This document shows positions 8,801-17,742 of a stretch of 26,222 nt of DNA, piece after piece. The DNA comes from a virus (taxonomy: Duplodnaviria > Caudoviricetes), in the IMG/VR virus record IMGVR_UViG_3300044451_000155, positions 1 to 26,222 of that record. One strand, written 5' to 3'. Under the pieces are notes generated by a model. The model saw nothing but the letters and a program-made list of their open reading frames with translations. It was not told the DNA's origin and did not search any database. Both the position numbers and the translations under genes were made by a program. Position 1 is the first letter of the stretch; the number at the start of each line of letters is the position of its first letter.

Positions 8801-11158
8801 TTAATAGTATTCAACACCGTTAATGACCGACTTCACAGCATCAAGTTTTAAAACACTGTCATAACCTGTACTACTGTTATCAGATTGAATCGTATAACCA
8901 CCACGCCATTTGTAATCTTGATTGCTAGGCGTCAATAGCAATGCAGGAAACTCTGGAAAAGTTACACCATCTTTGGTTACTTCTTTTTCGGAATACATGG
9001 AACGAAATGCGCAATGATAGAACTTGTGATTAGTTCCAGCACCACCTCGAATCAAAGCTTGGTCAGGGGCACAGTAAATTGGTTTTCCATAACCGTAGTT
9101 ACGATCTATCCAGCTTGCTAATATTCCACCAGTGCCTTTTAAAATAATTGCCCAAGCTTGCTCATAATCAACACGCTTGCCAGAGGTAGATGCCACATCA
9201 TAATTAGTTCGATTTGTTTGTTGAGCATTAAGCATCAATTGAGTTGTCTGAAATCCTTGGGTAGTTAATTGAGGACCATAGTCAGAGCGCAACATAATGT
9301 CTTCAAGTGCCTTTAGCTTACAGTGGACATTAATACTCGAACCTTCAAAATGAAGGTCAAAGATCTGCTTCAAGCAAAAACGTTTACTTGTTGTTTTTGT
9401 ATTACTGGCCATCAGCTTATGAACGAGTTTTATATCTATCGTTTTACAGGTTCCGCTAAAATCTTGGGCCATGTTGAGAACATTACCATCTACAAAAATT
9501 GAATAAAGTTCATTGGTAGCAGTTGGATCGCCAGTCGCATCACCATTTGAAGCATGGTTGCCGCCTGTAAAACTATCTTGATTGTTATCATCTGGATTAT
9601 TAACAGCGTGAAAAACTAATGGAGGCAACCAGTCCGTATAAAATGATTGGATTGTTCCAAAAGTTCCAGTCAAATCAGAGTTCGTTGAAGAGCCAATAGA
9701 TTTAAAATTAGGTAAATTATTGGCACCGTTTGGCCCAAAAACGATTTCGTAATTTCTATCTTTGGATCGATACCTATAGCTAAATGTTTTTGTACTAGCT
9801 GTATAGCTGATATAGCTGTTTAAATTTGAGACACTGGAAATAGCAGGTATTTTTTTTCGGTAGTTGGTAGGATCCATATACCAGCTATAACCGGCATACT
9901 TGTCATCTGCAGCAGTAATATATGTACCGTAAGCAGGTAATTTACTTGTATCAACGGTTATATCAAAAAGCTCCTCACCAGAACTCACAAGTCGTATCTT
10001 TTCAATTCCTCCACTTTTAGTAAGTGTTGCTTGCGGTATTGTTAAACTTACAATCTGTTCTTGTGTCGCTCCTACTGCTGTATAACCTGTACGGGGACGT
10101 TTGTGGATGATCCAACGTTCCTGATTATTTTCCCCAGTCTGTATATTGCCGTTCGTATAGTATGCAAGTTGGTAAAAATAACCCTCTACTGCATTGATTA
10201 CTTCAAAATCTTTAAAGATGCTCAAGAAAGTAGTAGGTATGGCACTGGTCGAACCGTTAAATGCTGATTGGACAAATGGGTAGAAAGGGCCTTTGTTATA
10301 TAACCAGTCACGTGGAGCCTCAGCTTTTGACAATAACATTGCGTCTTCATATACATAGCAAGACGGATCAATGATAAATGACCAGCATGGATTCGCTTTA
10401 TCAGTCGAATTAATTGGTGTTATTCCAGCTAAACCTGAAGTATCACACGTAATTGTAAAACTAACTTTTGGCTTAATAAGTGACTTGATATTTACGGTCT
10501 GAATTGTCCCATTCTTTACAAGCTGCTGCTGTCCTGGGTCATTGTAGTTAACTAAAAGTACAGCAATTCCTTCTGTTTCAAATTTTGACTTATCAAACTC
10601 GTAAATTATCCAGTTAAACTCATTTTTACCATTTACTAGCGCACCGTTTTGTTGGTAAGCAATTTGATAATACTTTGTTGGATCTGCATTATTTACTCGT
10701 ACATCCAGAATAGAATTATTCCAAATAGTTGATTCCTGACTTGTAAAATTATTACGGGTCATTTTTCTAAAAGGGTAAGTTTTCCCTTTATTCAATATCA
10801 ACGTATTAAGGCTATCCACATAGGCTTTGCTTTGTGAATAAGGGTCATACACCGACTTTTTAAGTGTTGACCCATTCCAAGTATTTGTACCCTGATTCGG
10901 CCCAGCCTCATCAATAACTACTGTACTGTTAATAGGTATTAAAGCTTTTTTAGCTTCAAATTCGGCAAGAGTCGCAAAACTAAATTGACCTTGAACAATA
11001 TCGTCTTTGTTGGCTTTTTCTTGATTCAAATACTCTGTTCGATTGACAAGCGCTTTCGCTTGTTCATTCATATTTCCATCTTCACCACCACGGGCCGATT
11101 CATTTTCTTCAAGTAAACGAACTGGAGACCATTGTGATTGACCAATAATTTCAGCCAT
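8801..11158 (-). CDS. Second tail fibre/spike-like receptor-binding protein, 785 aa
   Basis: N-terminus (W..VRLLE...GGEDGNMNEQAKALVNRTEYL) resembles myovirus fibre anchors, followed by GTNTWNGSTLKKSVYDP seen in Acinetobacter-phage spike N-termini. Inserted between gpI and gpH; function of the distal part not recognised. Confidence 0.7.
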   Translation of the reverse strand: MAEIIGQSQWSPVRLLEENESARGGEDGNMNEQAKALVNRTEYLNQEKANKDDIVQGQFSFATLAEFEAKKALIPINSTVVIDEAGPNQGTNTWNGSTLKKSVYDPYSQSKAYVDSLNTLILNKGKTYPFRKMTRNNFTSQESTIWNNSILDVRVNNADPTKYYQIAYQQNGALVNGKNEFNWIIYEFDKSKFETEGIAVLLVNYNDPGQQQLVKNGTIQTVNIKSLIKPKVSFTITCDTSGLAGITPINSTDKANPCWSFIIDPSCYVYEDAMLLSKAEAPRDWLYNKGPFYPFVQSAFNGSTSAIPTTFLSIFKDFEVINAVEGYFYQLAYYTNGNIQTGENNQERWIIHKRPRTGYTAVGATQEQIVSLTIPQATLTKSGGIEKIRLVSSGEELFDITVDTSKLPAYGTYITAADDKYAGYSWYMDPTNYRKKIPAISSVSNLNSYISYTASTKTFSYRYRSKDRNYEIVFGPNGANNLPNFKSIGSSTNSDLTGTFGTIQSFYTDWLPPLVFHAVNNPDDNNQDSFTGGNHASNGDATGDPTATNELYSIFVDGNVLNMAQDFSGTCKTIDIKLVHKLMASNTKTTSKRFCLKQIFDLHFEGSSINVHCKLKALEDIMLRSDYGPQLTTQGFQTTQLMLNAQQTNRTNYDVASTSGKRVDYEQAWAIILKGTGGILASWIDRNYGYGKPIYCAPDQALIRGGAGTNHKFYHCAFRSMYSEKEVTKDGVTFPEFPALLLTPSNQDYKWRGGYTIQSDNSSTGYDSVLKLDAVKSVINGVEYY

Positions 11159-11159
11159 A

Positions 11160-11762
11160 TTAGAACGCCTTTATTCCATTTAATTTTTGAGTACCGTCGA
11201 GCTTCCAAGTTCCATCAAGTAAGAGTGAACCGGAAGCATTGGTAAATTCATATTCATTGCCGACAAGGGTAACTAAAGCGACTTCAGCTTGAAGTTCACT
11301 TTTCACGATAAGAGTTGAGTCAATAAGGTGTGAACGTAAATTCTTGTTGTTTCGAATGATCGTAAAAAGTTTTTTGTAGTGCTCAACAGATATTTCCGTA
11401 CTACTTGTTTCAATAAATATTTTGAATGTGTAAGGTTCACCAGGCGGTTCCATGTTGAACCATTCTTGAACGCGAACAGTAAAACCTAATGCTCCAAGAG
11501 CAGCTTCTAAACCACCAATAGTTCCTTTATGGCAATGCACCTTGTATGAAGCATTAATGACTGCTCGCTTTTGTTCGTCTGACCAGGAAATATCCCAATC
11601 ATCTACTGACTTTTCCCAAGCCAACCAAGGAAGAACTATGGCTGGAGCCTCTAACGGATCGTTAAAAGTACGTGCAGGAGTCGGCACATCAGATATACGT
11701 GAAAATGCATCTTCAAAGGAGTGTTCAAATGCAGTTGAGTTTGGAGGTAATAATTTGGACAT
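11160..11762 (-). CDS. gpI: Baseplate wedge protein gpI
   Basis: KLLPPNSTAFE, LPWLAWEKSVDDWD, HCHKGTIG, VQEWFNMEPPGEPYTF, NLRSHL. Confidence 0.93.
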   Translation of the reverse strand: MSKLLPPNSTAFEHSFEDAFSRISDVPTPARTFNDPLEAPAIVLPWLAWEKSVDDWDISWSDEQKRAVINASYKVHCHKGTIGGLEAALGALGFTVRVQEWFNMEPPGEPYTFKIFIETSSTEISVEHYKKLFTIIRNNKNLRSHLIDSTLIVKSELQAEVALVTLVGNEYEFTNASGSLLLDGTWKLDGTQKLNGIKAF

Positions 11763-12664
11763 TACTCCTCCTTAATGGTGACAAGAATGTCAGAGCAATA
11801 AGCAGCTTGACCTGAGACGGGTTCAGTTTTTGAAAGGGGGGCAATCAAGTCGACATCAATAACACCTTTACGCTGGAGTGCACTGATAATTCCCGTAATC
11901 GATACTTTCGTATTCAGCTTATGAACAGAATCGACATATTTTTTTACCTCAGTAATCGCATCCTGAAGAACAATATTTTTATCTGGTCCATTTTCTATTT
12001 CTAAAACTGCTTCAACACGATATTGAATAATGCTTGCAGAATAGACCTGAACATAATCAGTAAGTGGCCTAATAATTTTTTTATTTAAAGCCTGATCAAC
12101 AATATTAATAAGCTCTTCTGAAGCAGTACCATCACCTTCAGTTGAAAGGATATATATTGCTGCAATGCCTTTGTCTGGAGAAATAGGTTCAACGTCTTTA
12201 ACCCGTACATCAGCATTTTTAGTATGGAAAATATATGAACCTTCACTACCAGCAGTCGTATAACCTTCAGGAGCTAATTGAGTGCGTTCCTTCAAAGAAC
12301 TATCTGATTCCATTACGGCTGGTGTAGGTGGGATAGTCGAATTATCAGCTGGCGTTATTACTTTTCTATATAGGTTTCTTTCAGCTGCTTTATGTTCTAG
12401 ATCATTACCTGAAGCGTAAGCAAGTAGTACCGCAAGAGCTGAGTCATTGGCTCTTTTTCTTAAAAGCATTTCACGGTAAGCAAAGACTTCAGCAAGTTTG
12501 TAGGCAGGATCTGATTCAAGCGCCACATATTCGCTACCAACCTGTCTCATTAGTTCATGAAACTCATCTAAGCCTTCTTTTAAAATGATTTCATAATCAA
12601 TTTGCTCAACTACCTCTGGCGGAGGTAGTTGAGATAAATCAATAGCAGTAAGAGATCCAGCCAT
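11762..12664 (-). CDS. gpJ: Baseplate assembly protein gpJ
   Basis: Probable start MAGSLTAIDLSQLPPPEVVEQIDYE at 12664 (the track's longer start overlaps gpW); LESDP, AGSEGSYIFH, IRPLTDYVQV. Confidence 0.93.
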   Translation of the reverse strand: MAGSLTAIDLSQLPPPEVVEQIDYEIILKEGLDEFHELMRQVGSEYVALESDPAYKLAEVFAYREMLLRKRANDSALAVLLAYASGNDLEHKAAERNLYRKVITPADNSTIPPTPAVMESDSSLKERTQLAPEGYTTAGSEGSYIFHTKNADVRVKDVEPISPDKGIAAIYILSTEGDGTASEELINIVDQALNKKIIRPLTDYVQVYSASIIQYRVEAVLEIENGPDKNIVLQDAITEVKKYVDSVHKLNTKVSITGIISALQRKGVIDVDLIAPLSKTEPVSGQAAYCSDILVTIKEE

Positions 12665-12671
12665 AATCCAC

Positions 12672-13022
12672 CTAGCTTGTTGCTGCGCCAAAAGATAAAG
12701 GAACGCGAATAGAAGAACGTTGATTGTTATCAACAAGTGATAAATCGAGATCCAGAATATAAGCACCAGGATTTGTAATATTCAGTGAGACAGAATGTAA
12801 TGAAACTCTTGGTTCCCATCTGATAATTGCAGTCGCTATTGCTGCATAAATTTGCATTTGTAAGATGTCATCAAAGGGACCATCCAATAATTGAAAAACC
12901 ATTGATCCATACTCTCGGCGCATAATTCTTGAACCAATTGGAGTTGTCACAATGTCTTGAATAGATTGGTAGATATGGTCAAGATCTACAACAAGATTTT
13001 TACCAGTTGTACGCGACATCAT
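12672..13022 (-). CDS. gpW: Baseplate protein gpW (gp25-like)
   Basis: HIYQSIQDIVTTPIGSRIMRREYGS, RWEPRV. Confidence 0.94.
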   Translation of the reverse strand: MMSRTTGKNLVVDLDHIYQSIQDIVTTPIGSRIMRREYGSMVFQLLDGPFDDILQMQIYAAIATAIIRWEPRVSLHSVSLNITNPGAYILDLDLSLVDNNQRSSIRVPLSFGAATS

Positions 13023-13708
13023 GGTATTGGCCCTCCAGACTCTCCAGATCCAGGCTGAACACCAGATGTTCTGTGATTTTTGAGACTAATGGCACCAGCT
13101 TTAACATCGCCTTCAGTACTGAAATCGCCTGTTGAGTGGCTACTTCCTTGCACTAACTGACTTCCGCCGACAGTATTATTTCCTGTCGTGACAGAACTTC
13201 CATTTATTAATAGGTTTCCATTGTGTGTTGTACCGCCTGATAAAGCATTTATGGTTAGGCCATCATTTGCATTAACTGTGACACCGCCATTTGCATTAAC
13301 GGTTACACCACCATTTGCAGTTACTTCAATTGTTCCCGTAGGTGGAAGAATTGCCGACAAATGATGTGCAGCAACGTCATAAGCAATAACGCATCCATCC
13401 GCGAAAACACGGATTTTCTTGTTTAAATCATCAGAAGGGATAGGGTGTTCATTGTTGTAAAGCCCATAAAAAACCACGCTTGTAGGGCCAATTTCGCCAC
13501 AAGGTGAAATCACCATGACTTCCTCATCTAAAGAGGGGGGATCCCAAGTTGAGTCATCTCCTGAACGTGCATTAAAAAAGCGAATTTCAGGCGTAACGAT
13601 ATCGTCAAGATCTACTGTGACAAGGGGGATTGGTTTAGACGGATTTACAGTCTTGATTGTTCCGAACCGAATCAGATTCTCAAGACGACGATTAATGTCA
13701 GCATTCAT
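13019..13708 (-). CDS. gpV: Baseplate spike gpV
   Basis: RRLENLIRFGTI, WDPPSLDEEVMVISPCG, FADGCVIAYD, beta-helix-type repeats (VTVNANGG). Confidence 0.93.
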   Translation of the reverse strand: MNADINRRLENLIRFGTIKTVNPSKPIPLVTVDLDDIVTPEIRFFNARSGDDSTWDPPSLDEEVMVISPCGEIGPTSVVFYGLYNNEHPIPSDDLNKKIRVFADGCVIAYDVAAHHLSAILPPTGTIEVTANGGVTVNANGGVTVNANDGLTINALSGGTTHNGNLLINGSSVTTGNNTVGGSQLVQGSSHSTGDFSTEGDVKAGAISLKNHRTSGVQPGSGESGGPIP

Positions 13709-13750
13709 GCCAACACTTTGCGTTAGAGTTTTTTTGTTTTCAGCAATGGG

Positions 13751-13777
13751 AACTTGTGAAAATGGTTTTCACAAGTT
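13751..13777. promoter_or_regulatory. Late promoter activator (Ogr) box for the V operon
   Basis: Perfect palindrome AACTTGTGAAAA-tgg-TTTTCACAAGTT, centred 56 bp upstream of the V ATG. Confidence 0.8.
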
Positions 13778-13780
13778 GAA

Positions 13781-14230
13781 CTATTTAATATTGATATGCT
13801 TAATGAATGATGACTCAACCAGATTAATCTCTTTATCTGTAAATCCTAGTAATTCACGTTTTGGGTAAACTGTATCCGGAGCAGATCTAGTGGCTCTATC
13901 TCTTAAACCATATTGGTGTACTTTAGCAATTCGACTAATACGACCAATAAAACCAACTGCAATTGACTCACTATTACTTAGTACTTTTAGGTGGGTATTA
14001 GATTTAATCCGGGAAAACATTTTTCTTTTTATTTTACCTTTCTGGTCACGTAAGCGTGTACGTCTAGCTGTATAAGCTGAACCATCAGGGTTTTGCTGTG
14101 CTGTAATATGCTGGCGTTGGCTTGTTCGTAGATCTCGTCCAATATTCTTAGCCAGTTTTGCCCTTTCACCTGAAGACAAACGATCTAACAAGGGTTGAAG
14201 ATATAGGGCAAGATCCTGAATATTATTCAT
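13781..14230 (-). CDS. gpS: Tail completion / virion morphogenesis protein gpS
   Basis: QQNPDGSAYTARR, KMFSRI, IAKVHQYGLRD, YPKRELLGF. Confidence 0.93.
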   Translation of the reverse strand: MNNIQDLALYLQPLLDRLSSGERAKLAKNIGRDLRTSQRQHITAQQNPDGSAYTARRTRLRDQKGKIKRKMFSRIKSNTHLKVLSNSESIAVGFIGRISRIAKVHQYGLRDRATRSAPDTVYPKRELLGFTDKEINLVESSFIKHINIK

Positions 14231-14754
14231 GGGTTTTTACCCGGAAAGGGCATATCTAATGAACGTCCTTGAATATCGGCAGTTCTCCATGTTGCAAGTG
14301 TAGATCCATCTTTATCAATTAATTCAAAATCGGAAGGTGGACCAAACTCAGTATATTGTGGTTCAGTCGGGTAGGAGATCTCAAATTTCCCTTCAGCATT
14401 CTTTTTCACAATGACGCGTTCAGTTAAAGGTATTTTAAAATGCAGATCATATTTGCTGTTATCAATGAGTTCAGCTTCAAAAGTAATGGCTTCTTTTACC
14501 TTATCTAGATTGGCCATGAGTTCGGATTGGTTGTCCATAATCCATGTGAAAAGGACGACACCAAATACATCTACATCACCAGCATAATCCGTAATGATCA
14601 TATCTAGCGTGTAGGCCATTTCAAAGCTATACCCATTTGCAGCAGTACTCATTAATTTACCGTCATTTGCAAAGATGAGTAAGCGATCCGGATCTTGGGG
14701 TAAATCCGGAATCGCATTTAGCAAATATTCACGTAGAGCATGGGGTTTTTTCAT
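14227..14754 (-). CDS. gpR: Tail completion protein gpR
   Basis: MKKPHALREYL...DPDRLLIFANDG...SFEMAYTL...LTERVIVK. Confidence 0.92.
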   Translation of the reverse strand: MKKPHALREYLLNAIPDLPQDPDRLLIFANDGKLMSTAANGYSFEMAYTLDMIITDYAGDVDVFGVVLFTWIMDNQSELMANLDKVKEAITFEAELIDNSKYDLHFKIPLTERVIVKKNAEGKFEISYPTEPQYTEFGPPSDFELIDKDGSTLATWRTADIQGRSLDMPFPGKNP

Positions 14755-15581
14755 GCTGCAGTTTTCCCTCCATAAATAGGTTCAAGGTGATCCCATTCTT
14801 TTTGGAATTTTGCTTGATAGCCAAGTTTTTTATAGTTTTTGCCGTTGTAGAGTGTAAAGACTGTATGCCAATCTTGTTTTTGTAGTGCTTCTAATAAGCC
14901 AGGCTTCCACTCAATAAACCGGATAAATGATTCAAGCTGGTGGTCCTCACTAATCTGCTGCTGATCAACAAATTCTTGAATAGACGAATAACCGAGATCC
15001 TTCCAATTTTCACCCATAATTTGGAACTGGCCCCAGCTAGTAGATTTCAGGGCAGATTCTTTATGAATATTTATGGCCATACTTAAACGGGTGTATTCGG
15101 CTGCATCACCTTTGTAACCACCAGTTAAAGTATTGACTAAATTTGGTGTTATTTTTACCTGATCATTAGCAAATGTTTTACCTAAAGCCTGGCTTAAATA
15201 AAAATACATTCGATGACGTTCAAATAAAATTTTAGCCTTTCCATTTTGAAGAAAACCTACTCCACGGCCTTCCACTGCTCCGAAAACTCGAATAACTAAT
15301 TCGGGAACTTTTAAACGTATTGCAGCTTTTTTATAGTCTTCATCTTTTAAAAATTTACATACTGAATCACCAGCTAAAGCTTGGCGAGTTTTATCACCGA
15401 CTTTACCATCAGCTACTAAGCCAAATTTACGCTGGAGTTGAATCACTGCAAATTCAGTACTTTCACCAAAATGACCATCAATAGACAGGGTTTTACCTTT
15501 AATACCCTTGTAACCCATCTTCGCCAATTGCTTTTGAAGAGTTGCTACGGCATCACCTTTTGAACCAAATTTTAATATCAT
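14751..15581 (-). CDS. Modular endolysin: peptidoglycan-binding domain + N-acetylmuramidase (DUF3380-type)
   Basis: LKFGSKGDAVATLQKQL...DGHFGESTEFAV...LVADGKVGDKT (PG-binding domain); KILFERH, STSWGQFQIMGENW, YNG (muramidase). Start at 15581 has a GGAG SD and an ATGA overlap with the holin stop. Confidence 0.92.
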   Translation of the reverse strand: MILKFGSKGDAVATLQKQLAKMGYKGIKGKTLSIDGHFGESTEFAVIQLQRKFGLVADGKVGDKTRQALAGDSVCKFLKDEDYKKAAIRLKVPELVIRVFGAVEGRGVGFLQNGKAKILFERHRMYFYLSQALGKTFANDQVKITPNLVNTLTGGYKGDAAEYTRLSMAINIHKESALKSTSWGQFQIMGENWKDLGYSSIQEFVDQQQISEDHQLESFIRFIEWKPGLLEALQKQDWHTVFTLYNGKNYKKLGYQAKFQKEWDHLEPIYGGKTAA

Positions 15582-15847
15582 GTCGTACTCCAAATGAGTT
15601 TGGCCACATTACCTTTTGTTCGCCAGATGAGTACTGCAAGAAGGATTGCAAAGATGGCATCCCAGAGCGTAACTGGATCCTTAAAAAATAAGATATGCAC
15701 CGATTGGCCTAGAAAAGCTGCAATCAATGTTGCTGCAAAGGAGGAATAGCCACGGTGAAAATTTCCACCATGACTGAAGGTTGCAATACGAAAACCGCAA
15801 ATGAGATAAGCTAAAACGGCAATGGTTTGAAATAACAATTCGATCAT
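15578..15847 (-). CDS. Putative holin (3 hydrophobic segments, ends ...KGNVAKLIW)
   Basis: 89 aa, strongly hydrophobic, immediately upstream of the endolysin; C-terminal GNVA motif typical of P2-like holin family proteins. Confidence 0.8.
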   Translation of the reverse strand: MIELLFQTIAVLAYLICGFRIATFSHGGNFHRGYSSFAATLIAAFLGQSVHILFFKDPVTLWDAIFAILLAVLIWRTKGNVAKLIWSTT

Positions 15848-16194
15848 GACTTGCCACCTCTAAAGATGTTCAAAATATCTGACAGTTTTGCAGTTTTAAC
15901 CCAATCAACAACCTTGATTAATATGAATAAACAAAGTGTTGAAGTGATAAGGGCTGCCACTGCATCAGCTTTTAATAATGTATGTTCTGTAATGAGTGGT
16001 GCACTGATATAACCAATACCAGTGGCCAATAACATATTGCGAATACGTTGGTAAGCATTTAAATCTTTTTCAAAAGTTGCAATAAATGCTGCCCCAAGTA
16101 CTGCACCTAGCAACGCATTACCATTAATAAATGGAAGCAATGACACTGCACTTAGAGTGGCAATGGTTGCTGTAGAAGTTGTTGGTTCTGGCAT
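15844..16194 (-). CDS. Putative holin/antiholin membrane protein
   Basis: Probable start MPEPTTST at 16194; ALLGAVLGAAF and further TM segments; first gene of the lysis cassette. Confidence 0.75.
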   Translation of the reverse strand: MPEPTTSTATIATLSAVSLLPFINGNALLGAVLGAAFIATFEKDLNAYQRIRNMLLATGIGYISAPLITEHTLLKADAVAALITSTLCLFILIKVVDWVKTAKLSDILNIFRGGKS

Positions 16195-16202
16195 AAATTC
16201 TC

Positions 16203-16412
16203 TCAATCCCAAAGCTGAATGCTTTGAACTTTATTTTGTTGAGTAGGGATGTTTGGTAATTGAACTTTGGTACCCATTGGAATGAATGGACCAAATTCGG
16301 AAAGATGAGGATTTGCTTCTAATACTTGTTCAACTACACCATTGCTAAGGCCATATTCGCGCCAACAAATTGCGTCAACAGTGTCGTGTTGGATTGCATA
16401 GATCTCTTTCAT
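16203..16412 (-). CDS. gpX: Tail protein gpX (LysM-like)
   Basis: DTVDAICWREYG...VLEANPHL...GTKVQLP...IQLWD. Confidence 0.94.
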   Translation of the reverse strand: MKEIYAIQHDTVDAICWREYGLSNGVVEQVLEANPHLSEFGPFIPMGTKVQLPNIPTQQNKVQSIQLWD

Positions 16413-16865
16413 CTAAACCAACTCCACATTTAGTCGACGTACTTTTTTTATATCGCGGATGGCAAAACGCAAATCACGTTTATAGTCATCAATCGTCGGT
16501 GTCAGTTCTTCAGCTTTTTGGCTACCGTTGGTTGTAGTGTCATAAGACCGGTAACGTTCGCAAAGTTCTGCTCCAGTAGCTGCAGCAACTGCACGGAAAT
16601 ACAAAACAGCAGCAATAGGCTTTCCATTGACCTGTTTAGTTGTAATTTCTACTAATGTCGGGGCTTTACTGAGTAAGCTTTCCAGTTGTTCATTTACATG
16701 AATTACAGCTGCTTCTATAGCTGAAATAAGACGTTGATTAGTGACGCTTGAATCTAAACGCAAAACTTCACGGACATGGTTGCTTGATACCGATGGAAAG
16801 AACGGATCACTATTTATTACAACGTCCTGATTTGAAAAAGTACCGTTTGCAATTAATCCAGACAT
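16413..16865 (-). CDS. gpL: Head completion/stabilisation protein gpL
   Basis: FFPSV...RLDSSVTNQRL...YFRAV...ERYRSYDTT...RFAIRDI...VELV. Confidence 0.92.
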   Translation of the reverse strand: MSGLIANGTFSNQDVVINSDPFFPSVSSNHVREVLRLDSSVTNQRLISAIEAAVIHVNEQLESLLSKAPTLVEITTKQVNGKPIAAVLYFRAVAAATGAELCERYRSYDTTTNGSQKAEELTPTIDDYKRDLRFAIRDIKKVRRLNVELV

Positions 16866-16967
16866 TTTTATTCTCGGTTAGTTGAGGGGTGGAGATCTGA
16901 ACCAAAAACGTAACAAAACAATGTCTGTCTTTGTCAGATCTGCCCCTCGGTGGGTGCTGGGCACTCG

Positions 16968-17732
16968 TTAAGAAGAAGCTCCCTCAAATACCTGATTGCC
17001 AAAATCATCAACAACAGGGGTTCCATCGGCATTGAGTAATGGCTGAGGTGGGTTTTCTTCTAATTGTTTTTTCAGTAAACGTTCAGACTTTTGAAGGTCT
17101 TGTTTACCACCACAATTTTCATTGTATTTAATTGCTTCTTTTAGCCACTCGACTGCTTGTGAGTAGATCTCTTTTTGTAAGAACACACGGCCAATTGCGA
17201 CAAAGAGCTTTGCGCGGATCTGATCATGCATGCTGAATTCAGATGTAATGCTAATGGCTTGTTTTAATACTGATAAATCAAAAACTTTACCTTCAGCATA
17301 AGCAGCTTTTGCAGCATTTCCGATCTCTTCAGCAACAATAGATGCTGTATCTCGGCTAAAAGAATCCGGCATTGAAAGACCATGTTTTAAAGCAAACTCA
17401 GCAATACGAAGGCCATCTTCAAACATGCTTGCATCAAAGCACCAAAGCATAATCGTCGTGACAACATCATCCTTCAGATCAGGAGCACGTTCTTCAATTG
17501 AAAGAACACCTTCAATATAGGGCATGTATTTCGGGATTAAAGTTGCTTTATATTGGGCACGTTCAATTTCAGATTTAACGTTACGCAATAAGTTTTGGTC
17601 ATTTTTTAATTCCGCCAGTTGCAACATATAAACACTGGCATCTTCACGAACACCACCAAATTCATTTTCGGCATTAGCAGCTGCTTTTGCTGCTAATGCC
17701 TGAAGGCGATGTCGTCGAGCTGGACTCAACAT
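16968..17732 (-). CDS. gpM: Terminase small (endonuclease) subunit gpM
   Basis: MLSPARRHR, DDVVTTIMLWCFDA, MPDSFSR, MHDQIRAKLFVAIG, CGGKQD. Confidence 0.93.
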   Translation of the reverse strand: MLSPARRHRLQALAAKAAANAENEFGGVREDASVYMLQLAELKNDQNLLRNVKSEIERAQYKATLIPKYMPYIEGVLSIEERAPDLKDDVVTTIMLWCFDASMFEDGLRIAEFALKHGLSMPDSFSRDTASIVAEEIGNAAKAAYAEGKVFDLSVLKQAISITSEFSMHDQIRAKLFVAIGRVFLQKEIYSQAVEWLKEAIKYNENCGGKQDLQKSERLLKKQLEENPPQPLLNADGTPVVDDFGNQVFEGASS

Positions 17733-17742
17733 AAATCACCCC

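Noticed and set aside
7119-11158. Tail-fibre inversion system or diversity-generating retroelement
   Set aside because: No invertase or RT gene, no inverted fibre cassette, and the spike duplication is diverged at the protein level rather than a TR/VR pair.
2989-14075. Short + strand ORFs (2989, 3421, 4513, 5345, 5569, 7628, 8291, 10061, 11542, 13515, 13890)
   Set aside because: All are antisense shadows of well-supported structural genes, with no recognisable motifs.
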